A stretch of 64,000 nucleotides of DNA from Paragordius varius (GCA_964247055.1 OZ176055.1:6758001-6822000), one strand, 5' to 3'. Counted from the first letter of the stretch, positions 35,129 through 49,600 are shown. The notes: generated by a model from the letters alone, not told the origin. Program-made: numbers and translations.

Positions 35129-38100
35129 ATGGTCGTGTTTACCAAAATATGTTCTCGGTTTTCAAAGATTATAACCGGTGCTTCAGTTGGCGCAGGATTA
35201 GCATTAATTACATATGGACTATACAATAAGGATAAATTTGTAGCATATGCACAATGGAATATTAATCAATCATGTACTGTCCTATGGGATGAAAATTGGG
35301 ATAAGTTTTTTTGTTTTTTAGACCTATAGACGAAATCCAAATAGTATGGTTAAGCCTGCGGCTACCAAGTCCGAAAATGACCAACAAATACGAGAGGAAA
35401 AGATGAAAAAAGCAAAGCCTAAAACATCAAGACATTTATTTTTAATACGACACGGTCAATATAACTTGGAAGGTGAATCAGATATTCATCGTAATCTCAC
35501 AAACTTGGGTATTAATTAATTATTATTAGTGCGTGGTTAAGTTTTAATTTATATAAGTTTTTTTAAATCACTAAGATATTTTAATTTATTAATGCAATTT
35601 ATTTATTCCCTAAAACTATGTGTCTCAAAAAATTTACATTGTTTAGATAAAATTGCATTTTTAATGTATGTCATGTTTATTTTGCGTTGACAATATATTA
35701 TAATTTAAGTATTAATTATTGTGTAACCTTAAAAACGCACATTTATATAAAAAATTAAAACAATTTCAAATCAAACCCCATATTATTCCAAAAATTCTTT
35801 TAATTAGCATAATATCGTATTAATAATTATTAAATAGTTAAAATGTCTTTTGAATGTTTAGATATTTTTTTACATATTAAATAAGTTTATTAAATTTTAA
35901 TAAAATAAATTTATTCAAAACTAATTTTTTTAGGTGAAGACCAAGCGCACATAACAGGTCAAAGACTCAAAGAATTTGATTATCCCTTTTCTCGCATTTA
36001 TCATTCCTCTATGACACGAGCTAAACAAACGGCTCAATATATACACAAACATTTTCCAGGTATTTTTAATTTCTTTTTATTATGTTTTTAGAATTTCAAT
36101 TTTATATTTTACAATATATAATATATAAAATAAGTTTATCGCATTGCATTTAAGAATTTAGAGATATAATTACTTTTCAAAATATATAATATTGAAAAGT
36201 ATAAAAACTCTAGGGAAGCTTATAAATATTTCATAAATAAATTTAATATTATTTTGATGATTCTTTACGATTTTTAATTAACACGAAAGTTTTAATAGGT
36301 AAATAAAATGATAAATATATTTTTATTACCAAAACTTTTACCTTTGACATAGACTATTTTGTCACGATAGCCATCAGTTTATAAAGTAATAAAATATAAT
36401 CTGTGTTTTTACGACTTATTGATGATCTTTGATTTATAGGTGTAATCAAAATAATTTTTTATAAAACGCATGCATATAATCCCTTTAGTTTTTGAGATAA
36501 CTATATAGTATTCAATGTATTATGTCTGTCTGCAAATTATTTATATAATCCTTTATAATTATACCATTTACAATTCAATTTTACCCTTGAACAATTTAAA
36601 TTCACCCTAAAAATAAATTATATGTGTTTTTTGACTAATATAACTCATTATTTATATGAAATATATCCCTATGTACTATTTTTTTCAGTATTATTTTGAA
36701 AACAAATTTTATAATATAAAATATATAGGTAATTTTTAATCTTAAAAAACACATAATTTATTTTAAGGGTGAATTTGAATAGTTTAAATGGTATATTAAA
36801 TAATGCAAAATAATTTTTCCAGCATTTTTAACTATTTGAATTTTGTGTTTTTAGCCAACATTCACGCTCATTTATTTTTATTAATAATATGAAAATATTA
36901 ATTGATTTCATTACCATTTTTTTTATCGGATGTAACAATTTATGCCAATTTTTATTGTTGATTGGTGTAACATTTTAGCATTTTTTTATATTAAATATTT
37001 TTTGATATAAAAGAGTTTAGTAAGGGATCATATAACTCCTTTTTGGCATATAAATATCAAAGGTTTGAATCTAAAACTTTAAATATCTAAGTGATCGCAA
37101 ACAAATTCAAAAACATTGTAGATTGATATTTGATTACCCTTATAAAATATACCATTTCTACTTCAAGAGTGTCCTTGAACACTTCAAGTTGGTCCTTAAA
37201 ATTTATAATTTTTGATTTAACCATTATTTTTGCATTTATTTTTTTATTTTATTATTTATTAACCTGATTTTCTTTATTTATTATATATTTATTCATTAAA
37301 AAATAAATTTTTTTATTTAAAAACCACTTTTTTGTTTCAAACTATTTTTTTTATTGAACAACATTATTGACTTTTAAATGTTTTAAATGAAAAATTTTAA
37401 TTAATAACTCAGAAAACTTATATATTTTTTCATTTCGTGTTATTTTATGAATATCCAAAATTATTTAAAGAAATTAAAGAAGATATACGGTTTCTCAAAG
37501 ATTAAAAATTAATATCGATTTAAAATTTATGTTAAATAATAGAAAATAGGTTAAAAACAATAAAATAGATGAATTATTTACCATTTGATTGATAAAAGTT
37601 AAAAACAAAACATAAAAGTTAAAGGACCAACTTGAATTGTTCGAAGTGTTCAAGGACACTCTTGAAGTGCAAATGGTATATATTAATTATATTAGATCTC
37701 CCACTCATAAGTTGCGATTTATTGCGGGAAGGAGCCCCTGTACCTCCAGAACCTGCTCATAGACACTGGAGACCTGAAGCTTCAGTAATTTTTCAGATAT
37801 ACCCACTTCGAATTCTCTCTTGAACAATTAAAATTCACCCTCGAACAATATAAATTCTACCCTTAAACAATTCAAATTTAGCCTTAAATAAATAAGTGTT
37901 TTTAATTATTGAAAAATACCTATATTTTTTCATAATTTTAAAAAATAATATTTCGTATAACATAAAATAATACTGAATAAATAATAATGTAAGCCATAAA
38001 GAAATATTTTATATTAATGATGTTTTATATTGACCTGAAAACACATAATTTATTTTTAGGGTAAATTTGAATTGTTCAAGGGAATAAATTGTTCAAGGGA

Positions 38101-39741
38101 ATAAATTGTTTGAGACTGAATTTGAATTGTTCAAGGGCGAATTCAAGTTTTAGATGGTATAATATGTTATTAAAATCAAAAATATCGAAGTTTTTTTTTA
38201 CTTTTAAAAAAATATTTTCCCAAATTCGTTGTATCATCATAGGCTTTTTGACACTTCAAAGCGAATTAATTGGTAAATTTAATATTAATTAACTAAACTA
38301 ATTCGTTTTCTCCCACAGTATTTTTTGGTAAGATGAATGCTAAAAAATATGTGATGCAATTTTAAAGGTAAAACATTGTTGATTTTTAAAAAAATTAGCC
38401 ATATTATTATATCTTTTATTTTTTGTTTGTGGGATTAAATTGATTAGTATAATTGGTACTTTCAGCTTAGTATTATACAACTCATATTAAATCTGGTCAG
38501 ATTTGCCATATAGTAAAAATTATGTATACAAAATATAATCAAGAAAAATTTAAATTTATACTTTACATATACCCATTTTTAGTCCTATGGTATATCGTTA
38601 TAAATCAATAACAAAATATATATTTATCTAGATCTAAAAATTTTTTTAACAAAAATAAAAATATGGTAAAAATTGACATAAAATTTATTATATTCCTTTT
38701 TTTACATTTATTTTCCACTTATCATTTTTCTCCTGTTGGAGTTTTTCCAGGAAGGTGTTAGGATAGAAGCCGCTTTTCGAAAATACTTTCACCGAGCCCC
38801 GAGTGAACAAACCCACGATAGTTATGAAATCATAGTGTGTCACGCAAACGTTATTCGATACTTTGTGTGTCGGTACATTTTAATTTTTGTTATGGAATAT
38901 TTTCTGAATTAAAAAAAAAAGACATTGTTAATTTACCCTTTTCATTCTCTTTTTTTAATTATTTTAGTGTATACCGTCGCCTTTTATACGTATTTACTAA
39001 TTGCATTAATTACTTTAAAAAGAAAATTATCGGCAAAACATATTGTCCGCAAATTAATCAAAATTATTTAAATACGAACGCATATGCTGTGTTTTTGTAT
39101 ATTCTTCTCTATGATATCCGATTTCACGCTCTTTAAAGCATAAAAATCGATTAATACAAGGAGTGTATAAATACAAAACGTTTAAACTAAAGAACAAATA
39201 TTTTTTTATGAAGTAAAATATTTAAATCTTGTTTTTTTTAATATATATTGATTTTGAGTAATGAAATAACTAATACAATATTACAGTATTAACACTCTCA
39301 TATACACATTTAACTATTATTAAATATATCTAGAAAAAAACAAGGCAGACAAAGTCTGGCTGCCTATAAAAAATAAAATACTTTATACAAAATGTTAATT
39401 ATTACTGTATAAATATACGAAGTTTCCTATCAATTTTAATTTACCATTATAAATAATCACATTAAATAAAGTACGTCCGTTTTCAAAAAACGTGTAATGT
39501 TTTTTCCTATAATTTTCTATGTTTTGTTTTTATATTTTTAATATTTAAGCTTTAAATATTAAAATTTTTGAAATTTTCACTATGTTTTAGAGCACTTCAA
39601 CTCCCTGCCCAAGCTTGGTTACGCATGTCCCTTAATAATGGTAGCATAACTATGATTACTATACGGCCTGATGGTCGAGTTTCACTTAAAGCCCTCGGTG
39701 ATTCTGGCCATATACCAGCACCTAAGGTCACATCAACTTAA
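35129..39741 (+). CDS. PGAM5: Mitochondrial serine/threonine phosphatase PGAM5. Exons 35129-35304, 35330-35508, 35934-36059, 37696-37784, 38742-38872, 39591-39741
   Basis: N-terminal membrane anchor, WDENWD (WDPNWD-like) motif, [72 protein letters not shown] and LGDSGH. Confidence 0.96.
36562..36793. mobile_element. Foldback/MITE family A copy in PGAM5 intron 3
   Basis: TACCATTTACAATTC...AAATGGTA with TA flanks. Confidence 0.85.
37150..37678. mobile_element. Foldback/MITE family C (21-bp repeat GTCCTTGAACACTTCAAGTTG)
   Basis: TACCATTTCTACTTCAAGAGTGTCCTT ... AAGGACACTCTTGAAGTGCAAATGGTA with TA flanks. Confidence 0.82.
37800..38159. mobile_element. Foldback/MITE family A copy in PGAM5 intron 4
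   Basis: 21-bp repeats in both arms, with a GATGGTA|TA right end. Confidence 0.78.
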
Positions 39742-39810
39742 ATACCCAGAAAGAATGCAATATATGAATTATATCATACATCCGAACAAAAAAGAACAGT
39801 GTCAAATATA

Positions 39811-40118
39811 TACCATTTACAATTCAATTTCACCCTTGAACAATTTAAATTCACCCTTGAACAATTTAAATTCACCCTCGAAAACATTTCAAATTCACCC
39901 ACAAATAAAATATATTTTTTTAAGATTAAAAATTACCATTATTTTTATATATTTTTAAAAAATAAAAAATTTGTTTTAAAATCATACTGAAAAAATAATA
40001 AACTTTAACATAAACACATATTTCATATTAATAATGAGTTATATTAGTTCGAAAATACATAATTTATTTTTGGGGATAATTTGAATTGTTTAAGGGTGAA
40101 TTTGAACTGTAAATGTTA
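39811..40118. mobile_element. Foldback/MITE family A copy just downstream of the PGAM5 stop codon
   Basis: TACCATTTAC start, with CACCCT units at 39831, 39852 and 39873. Confidence 0.85.
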
Positions 40119-41019
40119 TATGTTGAATTGGTGCGAAGCAAGAAGATATTTTTGACAATTACATGCCCATTTATAATATGTGCTTGTCTTGTTTCTTTAA
40201 ATCGTATTTTATTTTGTCAACAAACAAATTTACATCGGAATAAACTTAAGACGTTATACCTACATTTATATTAGATATTGGTTTACACTACTATCGGAAT
40301 AAACCCAATTAAATCAAGGAAATAATTATATATAAATTTACCAAACAATTGTGATATTAAATAATTATGATAAGTAGGATATGACTTTGCTATTCATATT
40401 CACCATTTATTTAATGTATGTAAACACTTTCTACACGCACAAACTTGGCAATTATAAATTTAAAATATTTTTGGATTAAATATTTTGTTTATATTATATT
40501 ATGAAACAGGGTGCCTAACATCCGGCCCGTACTTACGATGGATGGAATAAATAATAGAGACGTTGTGTTTTCAATTATTGACAGTCTTACCTAAATCTGA
40601 TAAAATAATCATTAAAATCCGTGGATTTTTCGAATTGAAAATGCGGTCCGGGAAACCATTGTTACCGACCCCCGTTATAAACTTTATCAAGAAAACGCTT
40701 AAATAGCCAAACCTTTAATTACAAATATATACTACCTTATTTAATGCACCCAACTTTTAAATATGCATGAACCATGTATCGTAAAAAACAAATTAATATT
40801 TTTGTGTCACAAAATATATATGTGCTTATCTTTTTTAAAAAAGTGTAGTGAAAACCATCACTTTTTGTTTTATCCAATCATTTAAGAAAAAATTTAATAA
40901 ATTCTAAAGTGCAGTTGTTCTCAACTTTTTTTCCCCACCAAAACCAAAAAAATTTACTCACCTCCTCCATAAAAACTAAAAATAAAAATGCAAAATTAGA
41001 CCAGCAATTATTAAAATAT

Positions 41020-41409
41020 TTATTTCATACCGAAGATTAATCTTGATAATTTACACATGAGATCCTCATATAAACAAGGCTGAGAATGCTGCTTTAAATA
41101 TGTTGATTCAAAAGGTATGGACATACGTAAGGCAATTTGGATATTTTTAATTACAGGATATGCGCTTTTATTTAAACACTTTCTCGATATTTAGATTAGC
41201 AAAGTGAATTTTAATAGTTAAATTATATTTCAACTCTAATGCCTCTTTCTGGACTTCTGTCGGAGTTTTTACTTCAACTGTAAATGGCTTTATTGTTAAG
41301 TTAACTGACCAATTGGATAAATTTAAGGTTGTTTTTCCAAATTTTTTGCGCTTCTCTAGATTTTTCTACGCGCGCCTTGGAGAACGTTGCATCCTTTTGG
41401 AAACCACTG
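41020..41409 (-). mobile_element. Decayed hAT Buster/Charlie element: terminus plus transposase C-terminal remnant
   Basis: The minus strand starts CAGTGGTTTCCAAA. The broken translation KPFTVEV...QKEALEL...YP...IPFESTYL[fs]AAFSAL...EDLMCKLS resembles the Buster dimerisation region (PF.STYLCE.GFS). It shares CGTAGAAAAATCT.G..GCGC with the MITE at 13365. Confidence 0.65.
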
Positions 41410-43678
41410 ATTTAAATGGCTTGAAAATTATAGTATTTCATGAATTATAAATTTTATAGATAAATGATCTTATATAAGTAATTGTAAACTAAAACAACAA
41501 GATTTACGGTTAAAAACCTATTTTTTAATCGCTGTTTATTAAGAAAAATTTTTGGTTTTTTCAAAGCTACTAATTTAATAATAGGTCACTATCCCGGGAT
41601 CAATTTAAATTAAATGACATAATGTATTAATATTATTTCATGACTCTATTTCAGTTTTAACCGCAGTTTTATAAGAGCTTTTTATGGCTCTCATTAATTC
41701 TTACGTTTCAGATATACTTATTTAAAGTATATATGTATATAAATGTTAAATTAGTTGTGCAAAATTTGTCGGTATTATATGGTCCACGGGCCTTTAAACT
41801 CCAATAATATTTTATTGGCCTCTCAAAATTTTTGGTGAGTGCCACTGATCTCTTTCAAGGCTCATATCAACCTATTGACCGTTTAAGGATCCAAACCATC
41901 TTAACACATCGATTTAAAATGGTATATACCTTAAGGCCCCAGGTTACTTTTAATCAGAATTATTAAACAAAACTACTGAATATAATGGTCCTATTATAAA
42001 TTTATGCTTTTATCCTAAAATAAATTATATAAATAAACCAAAATATCTAAATAAAATTTAATTTTGAAAAATAAGTTCCATGTTAAACTACTTCAATGCC
42101 ATTTTTACTTTACGAACTTTTGCAAAATATCGTGTGTATTTGATTTTAATGCTAAAATAAAGGATTTAATTAAACCACATTTAACATAGATATAAATAGA
42201 AAAAGTGGTTTATATAATATTATTTTTTTATTTAGGTAATGACACGTGTCAAGTTGTTTTAATTTTTACCTTAGATTTGTCCATAAAATCAGTTGATCAA
42301 GTATTTTGGAACGAATTTTTAAATTTCGCCATATTAATAATGTTATAGAACTGCAAATTTTGCAATTTTATTTTGTTGCATATTTTTAATAATATTTGAT
42401 TTTAAACAGGCTTGGGGTCCCCAAAAACTTCAATTGAAGCGGAGGATCGAAATTAATGTGTTTTATCCAAGTGTTTAACCATTTTTGAATTGTAACAAAA
42501 TATTTTTATATGTTTTCTTAATTTAAAAATATACTAACTTAAAACAACACTTTTGCTATCCTTAGTCCTATAACGTTAATCCGCTAATTGAAGATTGACA
42601 ATACTGAATTTTCATATTAAATTAATACTTAAAAGATTTTGCCAATTTAATTAACTTTTCTCAGCTTTGCTATCTATTATTATTTAACCGTTTCAAATGT
42701 GAATATTTATTTTGAAATAATAGCATTTTATACAATATACATATTTTGACAATTTTAATTAATAATAAAAATAGAACTTGTCTAATTTTGCGAACATTTT
42801 GGTTTTACCATTATCTAACTTGCTCAGCATATATTTCGAGTTGTGTGAATGTGCATAATATGACTTTTTATATAATAACCTATTTTTTTTATAAAATATG
42901 CAGATTAAAAATATATAGCAACTCCATACATCATAATTCATATTTTTTGGTTTTGAAAATCGATTTTTCACATCATTTTCCTTCCCTTTTAGCAAGCCAA
43001 AAAGGCAAAAACCGTTAGTTAGATAGTTAGGTGGATAAGATGCTTGTAGTCAAACTAAATATTCTCAAAAACCAAATATACGAATTCCTTTAATGCGTAT
43101 GTATCCTTGTTAAATTAATCCCATTGAGGTTAGAAAAACCTCTTGATCGCGTACAGGGAATTAATTCCATTTTTTTTTGTAAAAAATGTGATTGTGTGAC
43201 CAAAAATATAATAAATCAACAAGTCCGTTATTCTCAAGTTTTTTTTAATAAACGCATTTTGCAATATTGCTGCATATTGTTGAATATAATAAAATCGAAA
43301 ATTGTTTCTATTTTTAACCACAACTAAAGTTATAAGAATATCTTTAAAAAGTAGTACCTAAATTCAAAAATTCTCTCACACGTTATCGTTAAAACTAACT
43401 AACAAAACTGACTACTTTCTAACATTCAACTCTCAACACAAAGGATTATTGCATATGCATACTGTGTTGTAAAAATAAAAAAATATATATAATACATAAT
43501 ATATGGTCTAAATTTTAATTTATTACTGTAAAATATAGCGCTCTCCCTTTATATTATATTTGATTCCATTGTGTTTTTGTTCGCCATTATTTTACTTTAT
43601 TTATTATTTTTTTCTAAATATTATGGATTAATTCGGTGTTTAATTTTTAAGTTTTTTTCTCTTTAAAATTGAAAATAT

Positions 43679-46600
43679 ATGAATAATAGCAGTTTAAATC
43701 ATGATCAAATCGATATATTGGTAGCTGAAAGAAAAGTTTGCACAAATAATGTTTGGAGAATCGTAATATTGGGCATTCCCTTATTCGCTATTATACTTTT
43801 TATGTTGGGCGGAAATTTATTGGTTGTCATTTCAGTTTTGAGATATAAAAGTAATATTTTTTTATCCTATGTTATATGTTCAATAATATTGAATCCACTT
43901 GGAAATTGTTTGGGGCTAATAATGCCATATTTTGTAATAAAATCCGATTTTTTTTATAAATAATGAGGGTTAATCTAAAATTCTATCCAATTAATAACGT
44001 CAGAATTTAAATTTAAAATTAAATTGCAAATCTTGAAAAAATAGCATTAAAAAATAACAAATATTTATTATTGTTTGATTAGTATCATATTTTTGATAAT
44101 AAATGGGCATTTTTGAACGTAATTTTTGAAGTCTCAAAAAGCCTCTTTTCCCCCTTATACTAGCTTTTTAGCATAACTCGTTTATAAAATAATTAGATCT
44201 TGCTCATAATTTATCTGTTTTTCAAACAAAATCCTAGTATTTATTATCGTTTGAAGTTAAATCGATATTTAAATTGTAATTATTTTAATATTTTTGCAAA
44301 TTTATTAAAGAAAACCTTAATTTTAAGTCATGTCAAAAAAGAATCATGATGCCGATATAGATAAACCCATATATTTCACAATTGGTCAATATGAGACTCT
44401 ACTGTAGTTAAATTTGTTTTTTAAAGGATAGGATGCCCTATTAATTCAATAAACATCCAGCACAACCTTAATTGGGATCAGTCTAATAATTGAAAAATTT
44501 TAGTATAACGAATTTGGTTTCAATCATATTGGGAATTTTTATGTCGTGTTATTCCGTTTTCGAAAAAACAATATTAAAAAGACCCAAGAAAAAGGGTATG
44601 ATTAACACTTCAGTAGTTTTTGCTCATATCTGTTGAATAAAACTATGTAATTTCTTAGGATTTCTTTACACTATTGCAAATCTCTGATAATAATAAAAAA
44701 ACTGTTATATTAATGAGAGCTATTATAGGCCAATTCGGTGTTTTAAAAGGCTAAAAATGGATTAAGTTACAAGTCTGTTGCCATGTATGAGATTTTTTTA
44801 TTTTTTTAGTTTTATATTTGATTGAACACTCTATATTTTCTCCGTATTTGTAAATGTAAGAATTGAAATTGAAACATCGTATACTTGGCACAGAAACGGA
44901 TATTAAATCCCCTTTTCGCCTTTTAAAGTACCGAAATGTAAAAGCTCTCTTTACTGTATGTATACAAAAACATACATTCATCTAATGACTGATTTTAAAC
45001 AGGCGAATTGTCAAATTTGAGTTCAAACGTCCAGTTTTATCATTTCCTTAAAATCAAAGGAAATTATTTAAAATTAATTTTTCAGTTCCAGAATTTTCGA
45101 TGGATTGATTTGTGGTTGTGGTGGTAATAATTTAATTACTCAAATAATAATCAAGAACGTTTAAAGGATTTTTCTTTTTTGACAATTTTAATTAGTTAAA
45201 GTGTTCTTTCCTATACCTATCTTGTTAAATTAAATTGATTAAATTTTAATATGATTAGGATGCCTCAAACTACTTGCCAATGAAAATGCAATAAATCTTA
45301 CCTATCAGGAATGTTAATTCATATGTTTTTTTGGCATTATCTTAATTTTTAATCAAATGTATTTTATATGGCTAAACAAAAAATTTATATGGATTTATAT
45401 TAGAGTTTGCTTTTTATAGACAAAGATTGTGTAGGTTAATTTGTCAATGTTACCATCAAAATAAGTTTTTTAGTTTTTTTATAGACACAAAATAATGATA
45501 AAACTTAATCAATAACGTGCTTCTCAAACTGCGAAAATATCTACAGTCAACCTTGGTTTATAATTCTTTTTATTTAAGTAAGATTATGAATCGATCTTAA
45601 AGTTTATAAGGATAAAATAAAAAATGAATCGTAATCAAATGTTTGCTAAATATACCATCTTATTTTACTGGAAATATGTTGGCATTTTTTTGGCTGAAAA
45701 AAATCTTTTGGAATTTTTTTCCTGGAATTACATATATTATTGCAAGCACAAAAAAAAATGCGGAACTAACATCTAAAAAAAACTTTAATTAAAAATTATA
45801 ACGTTAAAATATAGTCAAAAATATAAGTGAAATATCATGATGAATTTTTCGGAAAATTCCGATTGATACCAAACAGCAGAGACTGGGAAAAATTTGTTAT
45901 AAACTTTAAAATAAGTTTTATGCGATTTCATTTGAACTAAATAAAATTATTTTTTTTGTTAGTTAATCGGACTAAAATGTAATTTAAGGATATTTTAAGA
46001 AGTTTGATAACCTTTAAAAAAAATTTAAAATGTCTGAAAATTTGACTATTTTAATTCGAAATGCCTGTCTTACTTCCGTAAATTATAAAAAGATAAAATA
46101 TTTTTTAATTTGTAATTTGTAATTTTTTTGAGGAAGGAAAAACATTTTTAAATGATGTTTAGTATTCAAGATACAAATTTTTGTGTTTTTGAGCTTTTTT
46201 GTCGGCAAAATATCGTATAATTTTTTTCCAATATAATTAGGTTAATGTTGTAAGAGTTTTCTAGGCTATATAACCATAAATTTAGTCAATTATTTTAAAT
46301 TATTGATAATTTTATTTTTTTAATAAATTATATTACATTTATACACGCAATCGGAGTGATTTATCATTTCGTACTGCATCATTATTTTCAGTGTTTATAT
46401 ACTTATCTACTTATTTTTTCTGAATCCCACACTAGATATTATGATTTTTAAAGGCTATCGAAAGAATCTTGGGGAGTTTATTACACATTTTATTTGTGAT
46501 ACTTATTAAATAGGCATTAAGCATAGAATTTTAATTAAATCCCAGATGCTATAATCAAGCTTAGATTGAAATATACACACAGTGTATATAGTTTTTGATG

Positions 46601-49600
46601 TGTGATTTTTTACGTTAAAAGAAAGAATATAACTTAATTGATAATTTGAAGCACGGTTTTTTTGAAAGGTGTTATAACCATTTTGTTAGCCATCATGACA
46701 ATAGATATATATATATATATATCCTCCGAATTTTTACTATTATTATGCTAAAAAAAATTAACAATTTACGGTATATCTGGATAATTATCAAAGATCCCTA
46801 ACTAGCACAGTTTTTTTAAAATTTATATCTGTATAACTAACAGGTTTACGCACACTTCGATCCGGTATTCTGGCTTCTCTTGCTCTTGCTGATCTCCTTA
46901 TAGCCGTAACCGTGCTCCCATTTGCTGCCATCGATTTGATTTGTCAAAAATGGATATTTAGTTCGTCCTATTGTCAGTACTATGTCATGCTCGATTTCAT
47001 TTCATGCCAATCCAGCATATTCCACATCTGTTTAATTGCCGTGGAACAGTACGTGGTTATAGTAACACCTCTACGGATCCATACATATCGACGCAAACTT
47101 AAATGGATCATTATAGCTTGTATTGTTGGGATTTGGTTGTTATCGCTTATCATAGCTTTTTACTTTATCCGTGATGGTTCCCTAACGTTTTCCAACACTC
47201 ACAATTCTACAACAATTAACTCTGACTTAAAGAAAACGGCCTCAAAAGTTAATTCAATCAATAGGAATTCAACAAATAATACATCCTATTTACATTATAA
47301 TAAAGGAGGAAATCTTAGCAGAGCCAATTTATACCACAGTTATATTGGTATGGAAAACACATCGATTAATGCAATAAAAAGTTTGTCAACGAAAACTAAA
47401 CGCAATCACATCATGCCATCATTCAATGATACTGTTCAAACAATCAACATTTTTAACCAATTTTACACTAATTTTATCGAAAAATTTTGTACAAAAAATC
47501 CCTTGATATCTATTCAAACCATAAATTCTTTAATTACTCAAACTGTACCACAAAATCAAAACTATTTCACTTTTGATAAAAATTATCTTGAAAACTTAAA
47601 TTTTTACGGTGATAGAAAAATGGCTAATTTGCATCAATCTGATTTTCCGAAACCCATGCCAAATGATAAATTTTACGATAACAAACATTGTTATTACCAT
47701 TATTACACAACACAAAATTGTCTTGAGACAGTTTATGAAAAATTATGGTTCAATAAATCAATCTTACCAAATATTTTTGAAACTAAAAAATGCCAAATTT
47801 GGATGCGAAATCTAACTAACTTAACAAACGACAATTGCATTTTCAATTTTCCCAATCGTTCAATGACAAATATTTTACACAAAAATCTAAAGGCAAAAAG
47901 TAGCCAAAAATTAAACCTTGGTATAATTTTATTAGAAAATATTGTAGAAAACATCAATAAAATCGGGTATCATACTGACAATGCAAATTCAAGCATATCT
48001 AATGTAAATGATTGCAACAATTTTGTAGCATGTTTAATTAATCAAATGTGTAATGTCATGACAACTTCAAAAAATGCGTTAAGGAACAAAGCCACTTTAA
48101 ATAATGAATACGAAAATTTAGAAGAAGGAAGTGGATATCAAAAGCAATTAAATAAAATACCACAGCTAAATATAGATCTTTTTCCAAATCGTATAGATTT
48201 TAGGAAGTTCATTATTAAAAACAATGATAAAGACTCGTTCGATAAAAATTATGTTACAACCGATATTTCTTGGCATCATTTTCCAATCTTTTGGCCATAT
48301 ATTGAACAAAAGACCTCACCCAAGAGAAATAATGTTTTTGGTAAAAATACCAATCTTTTATTGAACTTAAGCACTTTTGTGGTTTCAAATAGTAATAAAC
48401 TCTCCTTTTTACCAGCGGTTTTTCCGAACGCCAACGTTACCAATACGAAAGCATTTGATAATTATAATTATGCGAATCATACTATTTTTGACACATTATC
48501 ACACCATAACAACTTGAGGAAAAGTGCCTCAACCATCTGGGATCCCGATACTAATTGTCTTTATTTGTCAAAATTGTCGCCTCAATTTGCCACCTTAGTA
48601 TTTTTAACCGGTTTCCTGTTTCCAATGATGATTACAACCATCATTTATTATAAGATTTATCGGATAGCTAGTCATCACATACATATGCTTATTTCCCAAT
48701 TTGATTCTGCGTTAATACAGCGTCAACACCAATTAAACGCCCTGCTTTTGGAGTCTCGAAAGAGTAAAAGTCATGAAAATGAAACTTCTCCTGTCATCAA
48801 ACCAATAATTGTCAAATCTCTATCTCAAGATGACAATCCTAAAAAATGTACACCAGAAAATAATTTGGAAGATACTCATGTAACTCATCAATTTTTACGG
48901 CCCCGAAAATATTCTAGTATAAGTTTGGACTTGTTTACGCATGATACTACTTTTAACTTGACAAAAACTTTTACTTGTAAGCGTCCTTGGTGGTCTTTCA
49001 GACTAAAAAGAACAAACGTTAAAAGTAAATATCATGCATACCTACAAAATTTAGGAGAACCTACTTACAACTTAGATGCAGTAAATACGCATTTCCAATC
49101 TAACGTATTGTCGCATTTTGACGTGTCATCTGGACACAAGGTGTCTACATCTTTTTCCCTTACTAATGCTGATAAAAGATCTCCGTTAAATCATACTTCC
49201 GTATATGATCTTCACCATTTCCGGAATAAGTCATACATAAAATCTGTGTTACCATACCATAACAGTAGCAAAAATATGGAACATAAAGAAAAATCCAATA
49301 TGTATGATAAAAGTATTAATAATAAAAATAATTGTGTCGAAAAATTTGTTAATCATTTTGATAATGTAAAAATTGCATGTAATCCACATTTGAAAGTTAA
49401 CTTTCTACCCGATATACACAATGCCAAAGTGCGTAAAAAGCATTCAATTTTCATAACCATGCCATCAGCTCGAAAACTTTCGGAAATGCTTGAATTCGCT
49501 CAATCTTTCGCTGGGTTTTCAGGAGGTCTTATGCGTAGGAAAAGTAGTTTGTTAAGCAGTAGTGGAGATAAAAATTCTTCTTTTTCAACTCAGGAACCTA

